A DNA stretch of 64,000 nucleotides, taken from assembly GCA_965645245.1 (NCBI GenBank), contig OZ287077.1:744001-808000 (forward strand), in the 5' to 3' direction. The position numbers and the translations under genes are program-made. The first letter of the stretch is position 1. Every line of letters begins with the position of its first letter. This stretch comes from Massalongia carnosa. Its lineage: Eukaryota. Below, piece by piece: positions 27,001-39,412 of this stretch. A model generated the notes under the pieces. It was not told where the DNA came from. It did not search any database and saw only the letters and a list, made by a program, of their open reading frames with translations.

Positions 27001-27079
27001 CTTTGTTAATACGCTTTTCCTCTAGTTCCCTCGCTCTTGCGTTGCGTAGATCTGCTATGAACTGAACTAATCCGCGCAT
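24078..27079 (-). CDS. APL3: AP-2 adaptor complex subunit alpha, 4 exons
   Basis: [36 protein letters not shown]...; adaptin trunk and appendage; last exon HYRITIRATDESVPPVLLKLM...PA*. Confidence 0.97.
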
Positions 27080-28837
27080 AGAAGACTGGTTCCCCGTGGT
27101 TCGGCCAAGGAAGCCGGCTGCTGCCGCGCTCGCCAGTTTGACGGTTGGGTAGCGCTTGAATCGGATAGGATATGATGTCTGGGGGAATCAAACATCCATC
27201 GAAGGTCTACTTAGCCCCACATTGAAATTGCTTTTGCACGCTCAGAGTGCTCGAATGAAGAATTCAAGACAGTCTCAATATAGGTTAGCATAGGTCGTAG
27301 CTGAGACCGTCATTTGAAACTTATTATCAGGACAGATGTGAGCTTTGATAGTAGATATAATATTATCACTATAGAAACCAGTGCCTGTAAGGTGATAGAA
27401 GGATGGGGGAAGAGTACTTTGCCCTGCGTTAAGAAATGCGTGTATGCATGGGGGTTCAGTAAGATGTCGGATAGCGTTTATCCACGGCAGTCTCCGCAGA
27501 CTTGGCTTGGCGTGGGTATGAAGTCATCAATATCCAGTTTTGCTTAGTCCGTCTCAATACGCACGAACTTCTCATTGAAACCCATTGCTAACGCAGTAAG
27601 ATATCATGTCTTTAGATTACTTCGTGTATTATGTGGTCGTTCAGCAGTGGGACTTGTAACTTGGCAGATGCTATACGTCCTGAAAGCTTCTACTCTATCA
27701 GAGTTCGATAAACCTTAGTACCTTAGAATTTCTGCTCAAGCTAGATTAAGGGAGGAAGATGAAAAAATCTTTATTATGAGGATTAATTGCTCATCCTAAT
27801 TCCGACTTCTCTTCCGCCTGGATCACTCCTACAACCTCCTTATTTAAGTCACATTGCCTTACTATAAGGGGTTTATGAGCTTCGGTGCTTTCGCTGTAAA
27901 AAGAAAGAGAGGTGTTTTTTGGTAAGGAAAGTTCATCAGACGGCAGATTTCTACAGATACAGATTTGAACGTACAGTGTAACCAGAGCAAGAGTAATCGA
28001 GAGCTGCGGAGGACTCCGAGATCAAACACGATCAAACGCTGTATGTACAGGGTACCATCCAGGCATCCAAGTACCTAGCGACATAATAGATGAGCTCCTC
28101 AATTCTACAACATGCATAAGATGTATGAATATCAATAAATTTGCCGGCGGTCATGACGCGCTCACGGGCGTATGCATCAATTTCTTTTGCATGCGTAACG
28201 CTAACATGATGCGAAATAGGTCTTGAATCTAGGTTAAGAAACGTAAATCCTTCAAGAAGGTTTCCGTCTCCTACTGAGAGATGAATTTTGAGGACCACTC
28301 CCTCAAGAGTATGTATAGAATTTGTGGCCGCCGATAGACTGTTAAACCGATAAGCGTGTATTTCTCGTTATCTAGTACAATTTTCACTACCAACATCAAA
28401 GCGATCTAAATAGGCGAAAATGGTAACTGGATGTCTACATCGAGCGATATTAGTTCTTCCTCACTTAAACATATGTCAGTACTGTGAACAAGCCCTTGTA
28501 TCATACTTAAGAATTCCCCTATACTTCGCTAGCGACACCACTTTGTAGCTAAATCAGTTGGATCCGGAAAAGGATATTTGCCAGGAATCTCCTATAGCTT
28601 TTCTCTGAAATATGATTCCTCAGCGTTTTCAGCCGCAGCTTCATCCTCTTCTTTTCTTCTATCAACGTTTCCTAAATGATTTTGCTGTTATAGGTTTCAC
28701 GTTAGAAGTTCGAGGCCTTCATGTTCACAGGCTACAAATCATACCCAGCTTTCTCAACTTGTTCAATCTTGCTTTTCTCTTGCTATTCTCTTTGTCCCTT
28801 GTTGTGCGATTTGCCCATCGCCTATCAGTGGTGGGAT

Positions 28838-29523
28838 CAGTGGAAACAGACCTGGAGCGCGTATCAGGCGGCTCATCAGCGTCATCCCTGCGCTGCGCTT
28901 ACTGAGGATCTTTCGATAAAGAGACTGGGATTACATAAGAACTTCAGCAAATCCGAAAGCAGCCTCATCATTCAAATGCGTACTGAGCGTATTGGCTTGG
29001 CGGATTATCTCTTCTCTCGTCGAGTTCCCACGTTCGCTTCGCCGGCGTGTAGCTGTGGATGGGCACGCCAGACGCTCAAGCATGTGCTACTCAGCTGCCC
29101 CAGGTTTGTTAACGGCCGAAGCAACATGTGCAGAGACGCCGGAACGACGGATTATCGCCGCCTTCTGACTACCGAAAAGGGCTTACGAGCCTCCGCTCGC
29201 TGGCTTATGCGGACTAATCTACTGACACAGTTTTCGCTAGCTGTAGAGTGTCTTTCTTCCTCCCCCTGACTGTCGCGTAGTGATAGTCATAAACTCTAGT
29301 TATAACAGAGGCAGAAGGTAGTCTCTTGATACACATGTGTGTCGTAGACGTGGCGCTGGCGAAACGTAGCATTCGCGAAGTGAGGTCGAGCGATCACGTG
29401 TAGGTATACAGATGAAGGTTTTTTTTCCCCTCGATGAGGGTTTTCCTTCTTTGAAACTTTGATAGCTTTTCTCGCATGGGTCGGCTGTAGCTGATGTCAC
29501 AACGAGTATGAATTTAATAAAAA
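28838..29523 (+). mobile_element. 5'-truncated Tad1-like LINE (LINE3, 686 bp): ORF2 C-terminus plus 3' UTR
   Basis: 15-bp TSD TATCAGTGGTGGGAT at 28823-28837 and 29524-29538; peptide QMRTERIGLADYLF..PACSCG..TLKHVLLSC is homologous to LINE1 and LINE2; shared 3'-end motif at 29471-29496. Confidence 0.92.
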
Positions 29524-29910
29524 TATCAGTGGTGGGATAAGAAGTCTAGGTTTATGAGCCCAAGATTTCTACAGACCAATCAGCGGACTTCTATTCATAA
29601 CGATAGCCAAGCCATGATTAGTAAGCTAGGCTAGCTAAAGAGTACAGCCAATCAGGGTGTAGTAGTTACAAATCCCAGTATGAAGCTTTAAAGAAAGAGC
29701 TCACGATGAGTACATTCGGGTTTGATATAAATACAAGCATCTATTTGGTCTCTCATCAAACTCCTCTGCATCAATCTTACCTCTCTCCCTGCATAGTAAG
29801 AACTTTACAAAACTCATCTTATCAATACCTTATCAAGCTTCTGCCCACTGTTCATTTCTTCAGCAGGTTATCAGTTTCCACTGCTCTTTCCTAGATCACC
29901 AAGTAAAGAA

Positions 29911-30423
29911 ATGGCGATCCCAACGACATGCTGCGGCCGCTCTTCTGGTGCTTGTGTCTGCGCCTCGCAGGCTAAATGTTCCTGTGGCCAGAACTCGGCC
30001 TTGAACTGTACGTGCGAGAAGGCAGCGACTGAGAACGCCGTTGCAGGTGCAAGATGCTCATGCCGTAAGCTTCAGCTCCAGCTCCAAATTTCTAGCGAAT
30101 AAACAGAGGGCTTATGATTCATGTTACATTAAAGGCGTGAGACCAGCAGGCCAATGCACCTGTGAGCGCGCTGCAAGCGAGAATCAGAAGGTGGCAGGAA
30201 ACGCATGTTCTTGTGGGCTGAGATCAGCAGGTATGTATTCCTCTCTGATTCTTCCTACCACCCTTCCCTTCAATCCTTCTGAACAGCGTAAAGACTTATG
30301 TTGCGTTGTTGATTCGGACTGTAACTAACTAGCTTTGCAGATGCGTGTAGTTGCGAAAAGGCTACCGACGGCGGGATCTTGCCAACAGAAATCGATTTCA
30401 CTACCAAGGCTGCAGGAGCATAA
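29911..30423 (+). CDS. Cys-rich metallothionein-like copper-resistance protein (Crd2/CrdA-like), 110 aa
   Basis: Exons 29911-30064, 30135-30230 and 30341-30423; repeated CxC motifs (CSCG, CTCEKA, CTCERA, CSCEKA); ends EIDFTTKAAGA*. Confidence 0.88.
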
Positions 30424-30742
30424 AGGCAGTAGACTTTGGTTCACAGGTCGGAACTTCATATGTGATGATCAGCGCTGTTTTCGTAAGGCGGATGTAAGGT
30501 AGCCAGAAGAAACAGGGATGAACGAGATGCGTGGCCGAGGAGTGATAAATCCGCATATACAACTGGCGTTAGCATCGCTAGGTGGCTTCCAGTATGGAGC
30601 AAATCCGATTTGTAAATAGATGTACAGCATAATTCTAGAAGTAGAATCAAAACCGTCAATAATGCGAACTTGAAGACCATCGTAGTTGACGGCCTGCCTG
30701 GTAATTTTTGATTACCTAAAAAGAGCGAAAGAACAGAGGGAA

Positions 30743-31558
30743 TTAACTCTTCCTATCTTCAGTGCCCTCTTTGATCTGTGCATCTTTCTTACTTGGCCTT
30801 TCCCCGAAAATGCTGCTTCCTACACGAACTTCATTGCTGCCACATCGCACTGCGCTTTCAAAATCTTCGCTCATGCCCATGCTGAGTTCTAGCTCCTTCT
30901 CTTCCATTTCTAGCTCCTTGGCTACTTTGTCCCTAACTTCTTTTAAGGTCACGAAATCCTCATTCTCCTTTCCCTCCCTCGTCCCCTTGCTCCTTGCGAT
31001 GGCCCCAATGGTCATTAAGCCCTGTAATTTTAGATGCGGACATCGCTCTTTAACATGCTTGCACAGCTCGATCGCCTCCACAGGCTCCACACCCGACTTC
31101 TCCTTTTCTCCGGAGGTATTCACCTGCACAAATACCCTGAGCGGTATATCTCCATACTCGGGCGATTTTTCACACAGCAGCCCCCGGCCCTTTTCTAACT
31201 GATCCGCCTTCTTGCTCGTGTCGACGCTCTCGACGCACCACAGGTTTGGGATCTGCTCCGCAAGCGGCTTGCACTTGTTCGTCTGTAGGGCGCCAATGAA
31301 ATGCCACCGGATCTCACGTGGCAGCAGGAGCGATTTGGAGAGCAGCTCCTGCTGGTAGTTTTCCCCAAAATGCAGGTGGGATTGGGGAGGTTGGTGAAGT
31401 GCGAGGATGTCATTTGCGGGTTTGAGCTTGGAGACAGCGACGAGGCGGATTTGTTGGATGGGGCTAGCGGCGGCGCGGATTGTGTTGGCTATGCTGCTGA
31501 GGTTTTCGGCGAGGTGCGTGGCGCGTTGGGGGTTGATTTGCATTTCCGCTTCTGTCAT
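30743..31558 (-). CDS. PLPBP: Pyridoxal phosphate homeostasis protein (YggS / PROSC / YBL036C family)
   Basis: RLVAVSKLKP, HFGENY, WHFIGALQTNK, QVNTSGE, GLMTIG, LSMGMSEDF, VRVGSSIFG. Confidence 0.95.
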   Translation of the reverse strand: MTEAEMQINPQRATHLAENLSSIANTIRAAASPIQQIRLVAVSKLKPANDILALHQPPQSHLHFGENYQQELLSKSLLLPREIRWHFIGALQTNKCKPLAEQIPNLWCVESVDTSKKADQLEKGRGLLCEKSPEYGDIPLRVFVQVNTSGEKEKSGVEPVEAIELCKHVKERCPHLKLQGLMTIGAIARSKGTREGKENEDFVTLKEVRDKVAKELEMEEKELELSMGMSEDFESAVRCGSNEVRVGSSIFGERPSKKDAQIKEGTEDRKS

Positions 31559-32090
31559 TATCTATTGTTGTCCTGCTTATGAGGATGAGAGTCGATAGCC
31601 TACGTGCATACCAAGGCGATCACTTGACTACTCCGTACTCTGTAACCAGTGCCCCCTAGTACCTGGACGTTTCAGATTGAACCCTGATTATGTAGTGGAA
31701 TGACCCCTGAGAGCCGGCACAGGCGGCGGACATGCATTAGTTACTCGGGTCTTGGACCCTGAAATATACGGGCGAAGAGAATTTCGTCCTCTTCGACTAT
31801 CATTGTGAAATATTTATTTCGTTTCATATCTGTCATTACCGTTTCCTTCTTCCCTTCGCTTCTTAGGGTCTCATACTTGTCTACACCAAAAGTGAATATT
31901 GTGGCACGGTCTTTCCCATATACAGAGTACAGAATCTAGCATTGCAAACAGATTACCGAAACACTTTGGCCCAGACGGCGGGACGACAGCATTACATTCC
32001 AACTATTTGCTTCCACATTCGTTTGATACCTTGTGATACCAGATTCACAACATAACGGGCAAGCTAAAACCCTTTTCAATTCACAGGTCA

Positions 32091-35060
32091 ATGTCGACCC
32101 AAAATCGCTTTTCAAGAGACGGCTTCCAGCAGTTACCCACTGCTAGTCCTCCTAAGATGGCCAACCCAAATGACGCCACAATTGACATACCCCTAACTAC
32201 AGTCGTCACCATAGGAACTCGTAAAGCTGACGCTAGTCTACCATCAAACGGATACGGTCAGAGCTCTACATTCACAGAAAAGAACAACGAGAAAGCCGGT
32301 CTTTTTCGTCGAAACGTTGCAGGTCGGCGAAAGGCTACAAAATCAAACAGCGGACACAAAGGTGTGGACGGCGAGGAGGACACCTTGACCCAAATGGGTA
32401 TGATTTACGACAAAATATTGAAATTTTCCATCGTCACTCGTTATTTTCTCTATGTCCTCCCTCTAGCGTTGACGATCGCCGTTCCGATCATCATCGGCGC
32501 AATTGCAGCTAAGAATGCAGAAGTCGGGGGGGTCCGTATTGTATGGCTGTTCACATGGGTAGAGATCGTGTGGCTCAGTATATGGGTATCGAAGCTGTTT
32601 GCACGGTCCCTTCCCTCGGTGTTCCAATTCCTATGTGGGATTGTCAGTTCCGGGACAAGAAAATATGCTCTGGTATTGAAATCCTTGGAAATTCCTCTCT
32701 CGTTGAGCGGATGGGCGTTGGCTTCGCTGGCAACTTTCGTTCCTGTGAGTCGGTAATTTTCGATGGTTGGTACGAAGCCACTAACGAGGATAGATGATGA
32801 CTCGTAATCCTACCCAACGTGCCCGTCATGATACCGGTATCAAGCCCTGGGAAAAAATCATTCAGAACATTTTGACAGCCGCCTTGATCGCTTCCTTGGT
32901 TTTCCTTGCGGAGAAGCTTCTCATTCAACTTATTTCAATTGGATACCACCGCAAGCAATTTAACGCCAAGATCAAAACTTCCAAGCACAACATACATCTT
33001 ATGAGCCTGCTTTATGATGCGTCGCGGGCCTTGTTCCCAGCTTACTGCAACGAGTTTGCTGATGAGGATTATCTTATAAATGACTCTCTTCATATTATTG
33101 ACAGTAAGCCAGGAACTCATCGGATATCAGGGTCTGCCACACCCATGAGGCTCCTTCAGAACGTTGGTCGTGTTGGTGATAAAATCACATCAGCTTTTGG
33201 CAATATCGCGCAAGAAGTTACTGGGAAGCAAGTTTTTAATCCAACCTCGGCGCACTCAGTTGTGGTGGAAGCTCTGGAGAAGAATAAGTCATCGGAAGCA
33301 TTAGCAAAACGCTTATGGATGAGCTTTGTGGTTGAAGGAAAAGATGCTTTGTATCAAGAAGATATAATCGAGGTGCTCAGGCCTGATCGCCACGATGAAG
33401 CTATTGAATGTTTCGCCTGTCTAGACAGAGACGGGAACGGTGACATTAGTCTCGACGAAATGATCCTAACAGTATGTGAATTTGGACGCGAACGACACTC
33501 GATTGCAAACAGCTTGCATGACGTCGATCAAGCTATTAACGTCCTCGATTCGCTCCTTTGCACTGTGGTCTTTGTGTTGTGCATATTTGTGTTTGGTAAG
33601 TTCCTTCTTCGCCCAGCATTGTTCCAGACTTACGTTCTTAGTGGGCTTCCTCAATCCATCTTCCACAACAACTCTTGTCTCCACCGGTACTACATTGTTG
33701 TCGTTGTCATTCGTCTTCGCCGCGAGTACTCAAGAGGTCCTTGGCTCGTGCATTTTCCTCTTCGTCAAACATCCTTTTGATGTTCTTGACCGGGTGGATA
33801 TTGGAGATGATCAACTGATTGTGGAGCATATTTCGCTGCTGTACACCATCTTTAAGAAAGTCAACACACAAAAACTCACGCAAGTACCGAACATTGTACT
33901 TAACTCTCTTTGGATCCAAAATGTTTCACGATCAAAGGCTATGAAAGAGCAGCTTCTAATGTTCATCCACTTCGACACTACTCTCGAAGATATCCAACTT
34001 CTTAAGAACGAAATGCAGGCATTCGTGCTGGACAAGGAGAATTGTCGAGATTTTCAGCCTGAGATTGATGTTGAGGTTACGGGTATACATGAAATGAATA
34101 AACTAGAGTTGCGAGTTGAAATCAAACACAAGGTAAGCGTTGCGCTGATACGTTAGGAATTTTGATAGTTGACCAGTATAGTCAAACTGGGCAAACGAAA
34201 CTGTCAGAGCCGCTCGTCGATCAAAGTTTATGTGCGCTCTTGTTCTGGCGCTCCGGAAAATCCCAATATACGCTCCTGGAGGTGGAGATGCAGCCCTTGG
34301 CAGCAGTGATAAACCGACATACTCGGTGACTGTTAGTGATGCCGAGGCCGCCGCCAATCGCGAAGCATTTGCCAAAACAAAAGAAGGCAAGCGGCTCATT
34401 CCCTTCAAAAAGCCCGAGGAACCTCCGTCTACCACATCTCCCACTAGGGGAGAATCAACTAGCACCGACATTCCTCACGCTAATGATGCCGCCACGCCTT
34501 CCCCGCTGCGAAACCGTTTCTCCAAGCTTGATGAGACCGCTGCTCTCACCGAGCTCAACACCCGCCACCCCGCGGCTGATACCGCCAACGACCCTTCCGA
34601 GCTCATAGACTCGGACCTCCAAACGTCGGGCTCCACAACCCCACATGACGCCCGTCGAAGCGCCGATCTAGAAAAAGTCCGCGGTCTCCTCCATCGCCAG
34701 AGCACGCGCGGCAAACGAAAGACCCCCACAGCAGTGGTGGCAGGCGGAGTTTCTGCCCAACCCAGGGTCCCTTCCATCACGGAGGGTGAAATGCTAACGC
34801 CGAGGATGGACGTTGAGTATAGTTCCTATCCACCACAGACGTTAGACCCGTACCTTCAACGCACCAAGGGGTACGAGAACCAAGAGCAACATCCTTCGGA
34901 TATGGCGCTGCACACGACTGAGGAGATGCAGCAGGTTCCGCAGGCGAGGAGGCCCGTTCCGGGGAATGGAAATGCGTTTGCGCAGCAGGCGCGTGATGAG
35001 CAGTTACGGCAGCTGCGCGAGCGAGATCAGCCGCCGCCGCCGCCGACCCATAGACCTTAA
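32091..35060 (+). CDS. MscS-family mechanosensitive channel with an EF-hand (Msy1/Msy2-like), 4 exons
   Basis: TM N-terminus; EF-hand DRDGNGDISLDE; FLFVKHPFDVLDRVDI; QVPNIVLNSLWIQNVSRS; RRSKFMCALV. Confidence 0.92.
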
Positions 35061-36626
35061 TCTGGGCTGGGCAAAGGGGTGGTATGCATACGTGGGGCAT
35101 CTAGGTTTTGCATGACAGCATGTGGAGGAGTTGAACTGTCATTTCAAGCTACGGTTCAGTATGATAACTTCCAATTCTTCAAGGGTTTGGCTTTGCGAGC
35201 TCCCAGTCCGAACTTTTGCCCGATTCAAGCTTTGTTAGTTCGAGATCGGAACGAAGCAATGGAAAGAATATCACATCTCTACTAGACAGTTATCCGTTCC
35301 CTGTAAATTCCGACAAAGCCTGTTTGTTGTATCGAGTGAGTGAGATCAGTTCTTGATGGGTGATATTAAAATCAATAACGAGAACAAGCCTCATCCCGAG
35401 CTTTCCCGCTCTTTTCGCCCTTTTGCTTGCTTTAGTACGTTATCTTCCAAACTTCCGTTTCATATCCTAACTCCTCTTCCTTCTCAAACCGCCCTGACTT
35501 AACCGAACATTCAACTAGCCGATTAAATCCTCTTCGCTGATTCTTCCTTACTTTTTATTTGCGAGTTACGGATCTAGGTGCGTTGGTGGCGGGGGGGAGA
35601 GGGGGAGTTGGTGCTTGGTAATTTGATTTAAGTAATTCGGCTAGGGCGAAAGGTAATGCCGGGACCGAGTGGAGGCTGGCCGCGGATAGCCGACGAAGGC
35701 CGAAGGTCGAAGGGATGATGTCCAAATAGTTGGACAGGAAGGGGAGAAAAAAAGCATAAATAGGTGGCCTTTTGGCACTCTTCTCCTCATCATCACCATT
35801 GATTCGGAGTTCAGCACCAAAAGGTCTTTTGCCCACCCACCCACTCCTTGATTCAGCCGCATAGGTAGATGGAGTTTTCCCCTCACCGCTGCCATAATAA
35901 AGCCATTATAGGCGGGGCCCTCAGCAAAACTGAGCGCCAGCATGGCAGCAGCGAGGGGGAGTTGCCCAAACATAGATAGTAATTATATGATGTTCTGACG
36001 ACACGATGGAGCCCGCGAATTACTTTAGGATTTAGGGGGTTTTGTGTGCGGGATATGATATGGAAAAGTTACTTGGGTTGATGGTATGTATATTGTTTTC
36101 TGCATGTAATCTTCTCTTCTCTTCTCCCATTCATGGATGGATGGATGGAGATACAAATAGAGGCGAGAGGGGAGGAGAGAGGAAAGGCAAAGAACAAATC
36201 AAATTTATCAGGCACGAGAAAAGGTGATTACGAGGGAAAAAAAGGAGGAATAAATATAACCAAGAGAAGCAAGGTATGGCAAGAAATGAGTGGTGGGATT
36301 CCGAAGCACCGTACCCTACCTAACTCGAAATCGCTAGCTACGTAGGAGCCTAAGGCATCCACTCTCGTACCTATCCTACCTATCCTAATCGGCTGAATTA
36401 GCCCCACGGGATAGTAATAAAAGCGCCAGTGTGACAAGATAAGACATCAATCATGCGGCGAGATTTGCCACACCGCCAGCTCGCCAAACCATCCAAGCCA
36501 CCCCCTGTGGCAAAGCTCGAAAAAGAAGCTAGAAGTTAAAAAGAGCCAAATAACCACCCCTCCCCCCCCTCCCCAAAACGATCTCATCACGGTTTAAGCA
36601 TAGATAAAGGCCCCCATTTCCCAATT

Positions 36627-38319
36627 CTACCATATCTCCGCAATGACATATCCGCCCAGCACGAGAATTACAACTAGCGGCGCCCCGAGGAAAACCAAGC
36701 CCAAACCAACGTAGAGATGATCTCCCTTAGAACTCAAGATGAACTCCGTGGGACGCTGGAAATTAATGTACGAGGGGGGAGAAGGACACGTGGCTGGCGC
36801 TTGCAGCGTGGGGTTGAAGCACAGCGGCGAGGGGGAGGTGGATTTTGCGTGGTGCGTGGAGGGAGAAGCGAGAATGGAGTTGGACAGGATGGTGGAATTG
36901 ATGGCGCTCGGGCTTGTGGGGACGCTGACAGTAGTTGTAGCGACCACAACAGTATTTACGGGGAGCGTGGTTGTGATAGAGATGATGGAAGTCGTAGAAT
37001 TCTCTTCTTCGTCGAGCGGACTAGTCTCGGTGGTGGAGCTGAGGACCCCGGGTACTGCGGATGTGATAAATAGGTGCAGAGGGAAGGTACTAGGAGTAGG
37101 TGAGTCGACGAGGGTTACGGAGAATAGAGTAATGGTGGAGATGATTGTCGTGGTGATATCGCCGGTAGGTGTTGTGGTGCTTATTGACTCTTGTGAGTCT
37201 TCTGATAGATTGGAGATGGCGGCCGGCTCTGGAGCGGAAGTGCTTGATGCGAGCACTAGCGCGGATTCGGCAGATGTGGGTGAGTTCAGGGTGAGCGTTT
37301 TTGGGTTGATGATGGTGATCGCCTGCGTGATGGATGTACTCGTTGCTGACTGAGAAGCAGGTGAGGAAACCAACGAAGTTGCCAATTCGAAAGCCGAATT
37401 ACTTGCTAGAGATTTGAAGTCAGATGCACTAGAAGTTGACAGTTCAAGCGTGATAGTTTCGATATTGGTGACCAAGATATTGCTGGTCAGTGTTGTACTA
37501 ATGGTTGTGGTTGGCTCGCTATCAGGAATAGTGCCAGAAGATCGCGAACCGGCACCGGCGTTAAGTGCGGCTTTCACCACCGAAGAAGACGCGAAACAAC
37601 CAACGCCGCTCAGCGAGGGTTCGTGACAATATGGCGCACCTGTAGGGCAGCATCCCGGAAGGGGGAAAAGCGTAGCACTGCAGTTTGGTGCAGCGTTATC
37701 ATGGCAGATCGCCGGTCCAGCGCAGAATTTGCCATTTGGGCAGCAGACTGGGGCGCCATTGGTGATGGAACAGCTTGTTTCCTTAGGAAGCAGTCAGAAA
37801 GGCCGAGTTCTTCCAAGCTAGCGTAGAATAGGGGGAGGGGGGTGAGAGATCACTTACAGCTGGGCAGCAGGCGTTGCCACAGCAGGATTCCCCGACTTCA
37901 CAAGCGGTATCTGAGCAACAAGATGAGTCCTTAGGTATGCAGAAGGGAGCCGCGCCGGAGGTCTTTGCCATGCAGCAGGTTTCTATGGTCGTACATTTGT
38001 CAGGACCCACTTTCAATATGAAAATACTTGCTCTGTTAAAATAGGAGATGAAAAGATAAAGCTTACCGGCCGGATTGAAGCACTCACAGTTCATCCCTCT
38101 GGCGCCTAGATCATAGGTATGAGGGACGACCCAAGCTTTACCGATAGAGAAGTTACGGTGATATGGTGCCCAAAAGGATACCTCAGCTGAGCTGTTGGCC
38201 TGCAATTCACGGACGTGGAGGTCATGATGAGACTCATGAATATCATGGCCCACAGCAAAGAGGAGCCAAGCTCCGATGAGAAGCATCAATGGGAGGGTAA
38301 CTCCACGTAGAGATGCCAT
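36627..38319 (-). CDS. Secreted or cell-surface protein: signal peptide, Cys-rich domain, Ser/Thr-rich stalk, C-terminal hydrophobic anchor
   Basis: ATG 38319; introns 38010-38066 and 37782-37857 join the CC-rich exons in frame to ORF 36627-37580. Confidence 0.75.
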
Positions 38320-39412
38320 CACTGGGTTGAATAACTGGTGATCAGACGGATTACAACTCTTGTCCAACCGAAGTGAAAGGAGATGTAAAGAATGCAGGCA
38401 AGACAAGTGAACTATTGAGGGTAAGGATAATTTCAAGATGAGCTGGCGTCTGCAGACGTCTGCGAAGGTATTTGGTGAGGGTGGTGTTGATGAAGAGAGG
38501 ACAATGTTGATGATTTGCTATGATTATAGAATGAGTGTTTGGCTTTGTTTGCTCTCATTTCAGTCGTTTTAAGGCGGCCATATAGGCCTAGCGCTCACGC
38601 CAAGGGCTCGCTCCGGGGATGAGTTGATTAGACTCAGCTTGAGGTGACAATGTCTGGCATAAGGCGTGTGGAAAATGGCTAGGAAGCCGGTCAAACAAAT
38701 TCTCCAGTTTCATTCACGCCGAAAAGATAGAACAGTTGATTTTGCAACAACAGGGGAGGATTTAGGGGCAAGACAATTACCGTCATGTGTTGGTATATTG
38801 GATGCAGTTAGCTGTCCACCAAATCATCTTCAGATCACCGGGACAAGTCGAAAGATTGGGTGTATGAAAGAACTTCGTGACGTATTTTCGGAAAAAGAAG
38901 TCTTTAGGTTTGAGAGCCGCTTGAACCCCATGTAAATTGCACACCCATACCTACGGTCATCAGTTGAAGTTATTATCTTGACGGTGAGAGACAGAAAAGG
39001 GCAAGACACCACGACGACGGCGATTCACCCCTTTTCTGGCCGACACAGGAGGCCGGACGCACAAAAACTGCTTCATGACAGATGGAGCTGGCTCACAAAT
39101 AAAACGTAACTGACCCTTTAAGGCACCAATCTTAGCTTAGCTTTTGCCTAAAACTAACCTCCTTTCTTCAAACAGCGATAACTACAGAGGAATCATTACT
39201 TCAATACAATTTATCAGGAATATGATGCCGAATACTTACTTTTTAATTCTGATATTTCCATCCAACAGCTTATGAAATTACTTCTCGTAACAAATCGCGA
39301 GATGCTAGGAAGTAAAAAAAAAGCTAAAGGCTTGATGATTAACATTTAGTTGAGAACTGTAGCAGGCAATATCTTTGAGAATATAGATTGACCTACAAGA
39401 ACGCTACATCAC

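Noticed and set aside
27600..28820. Possible decayed gene on the minus strand
   Set aside because: Stop-ridden frames with no recognisable motif.
35555..35973. Two overlapping short minus-strand ORFs with a hydrophobic start
   Set aside because: No recognisable domain or convincing splice model.
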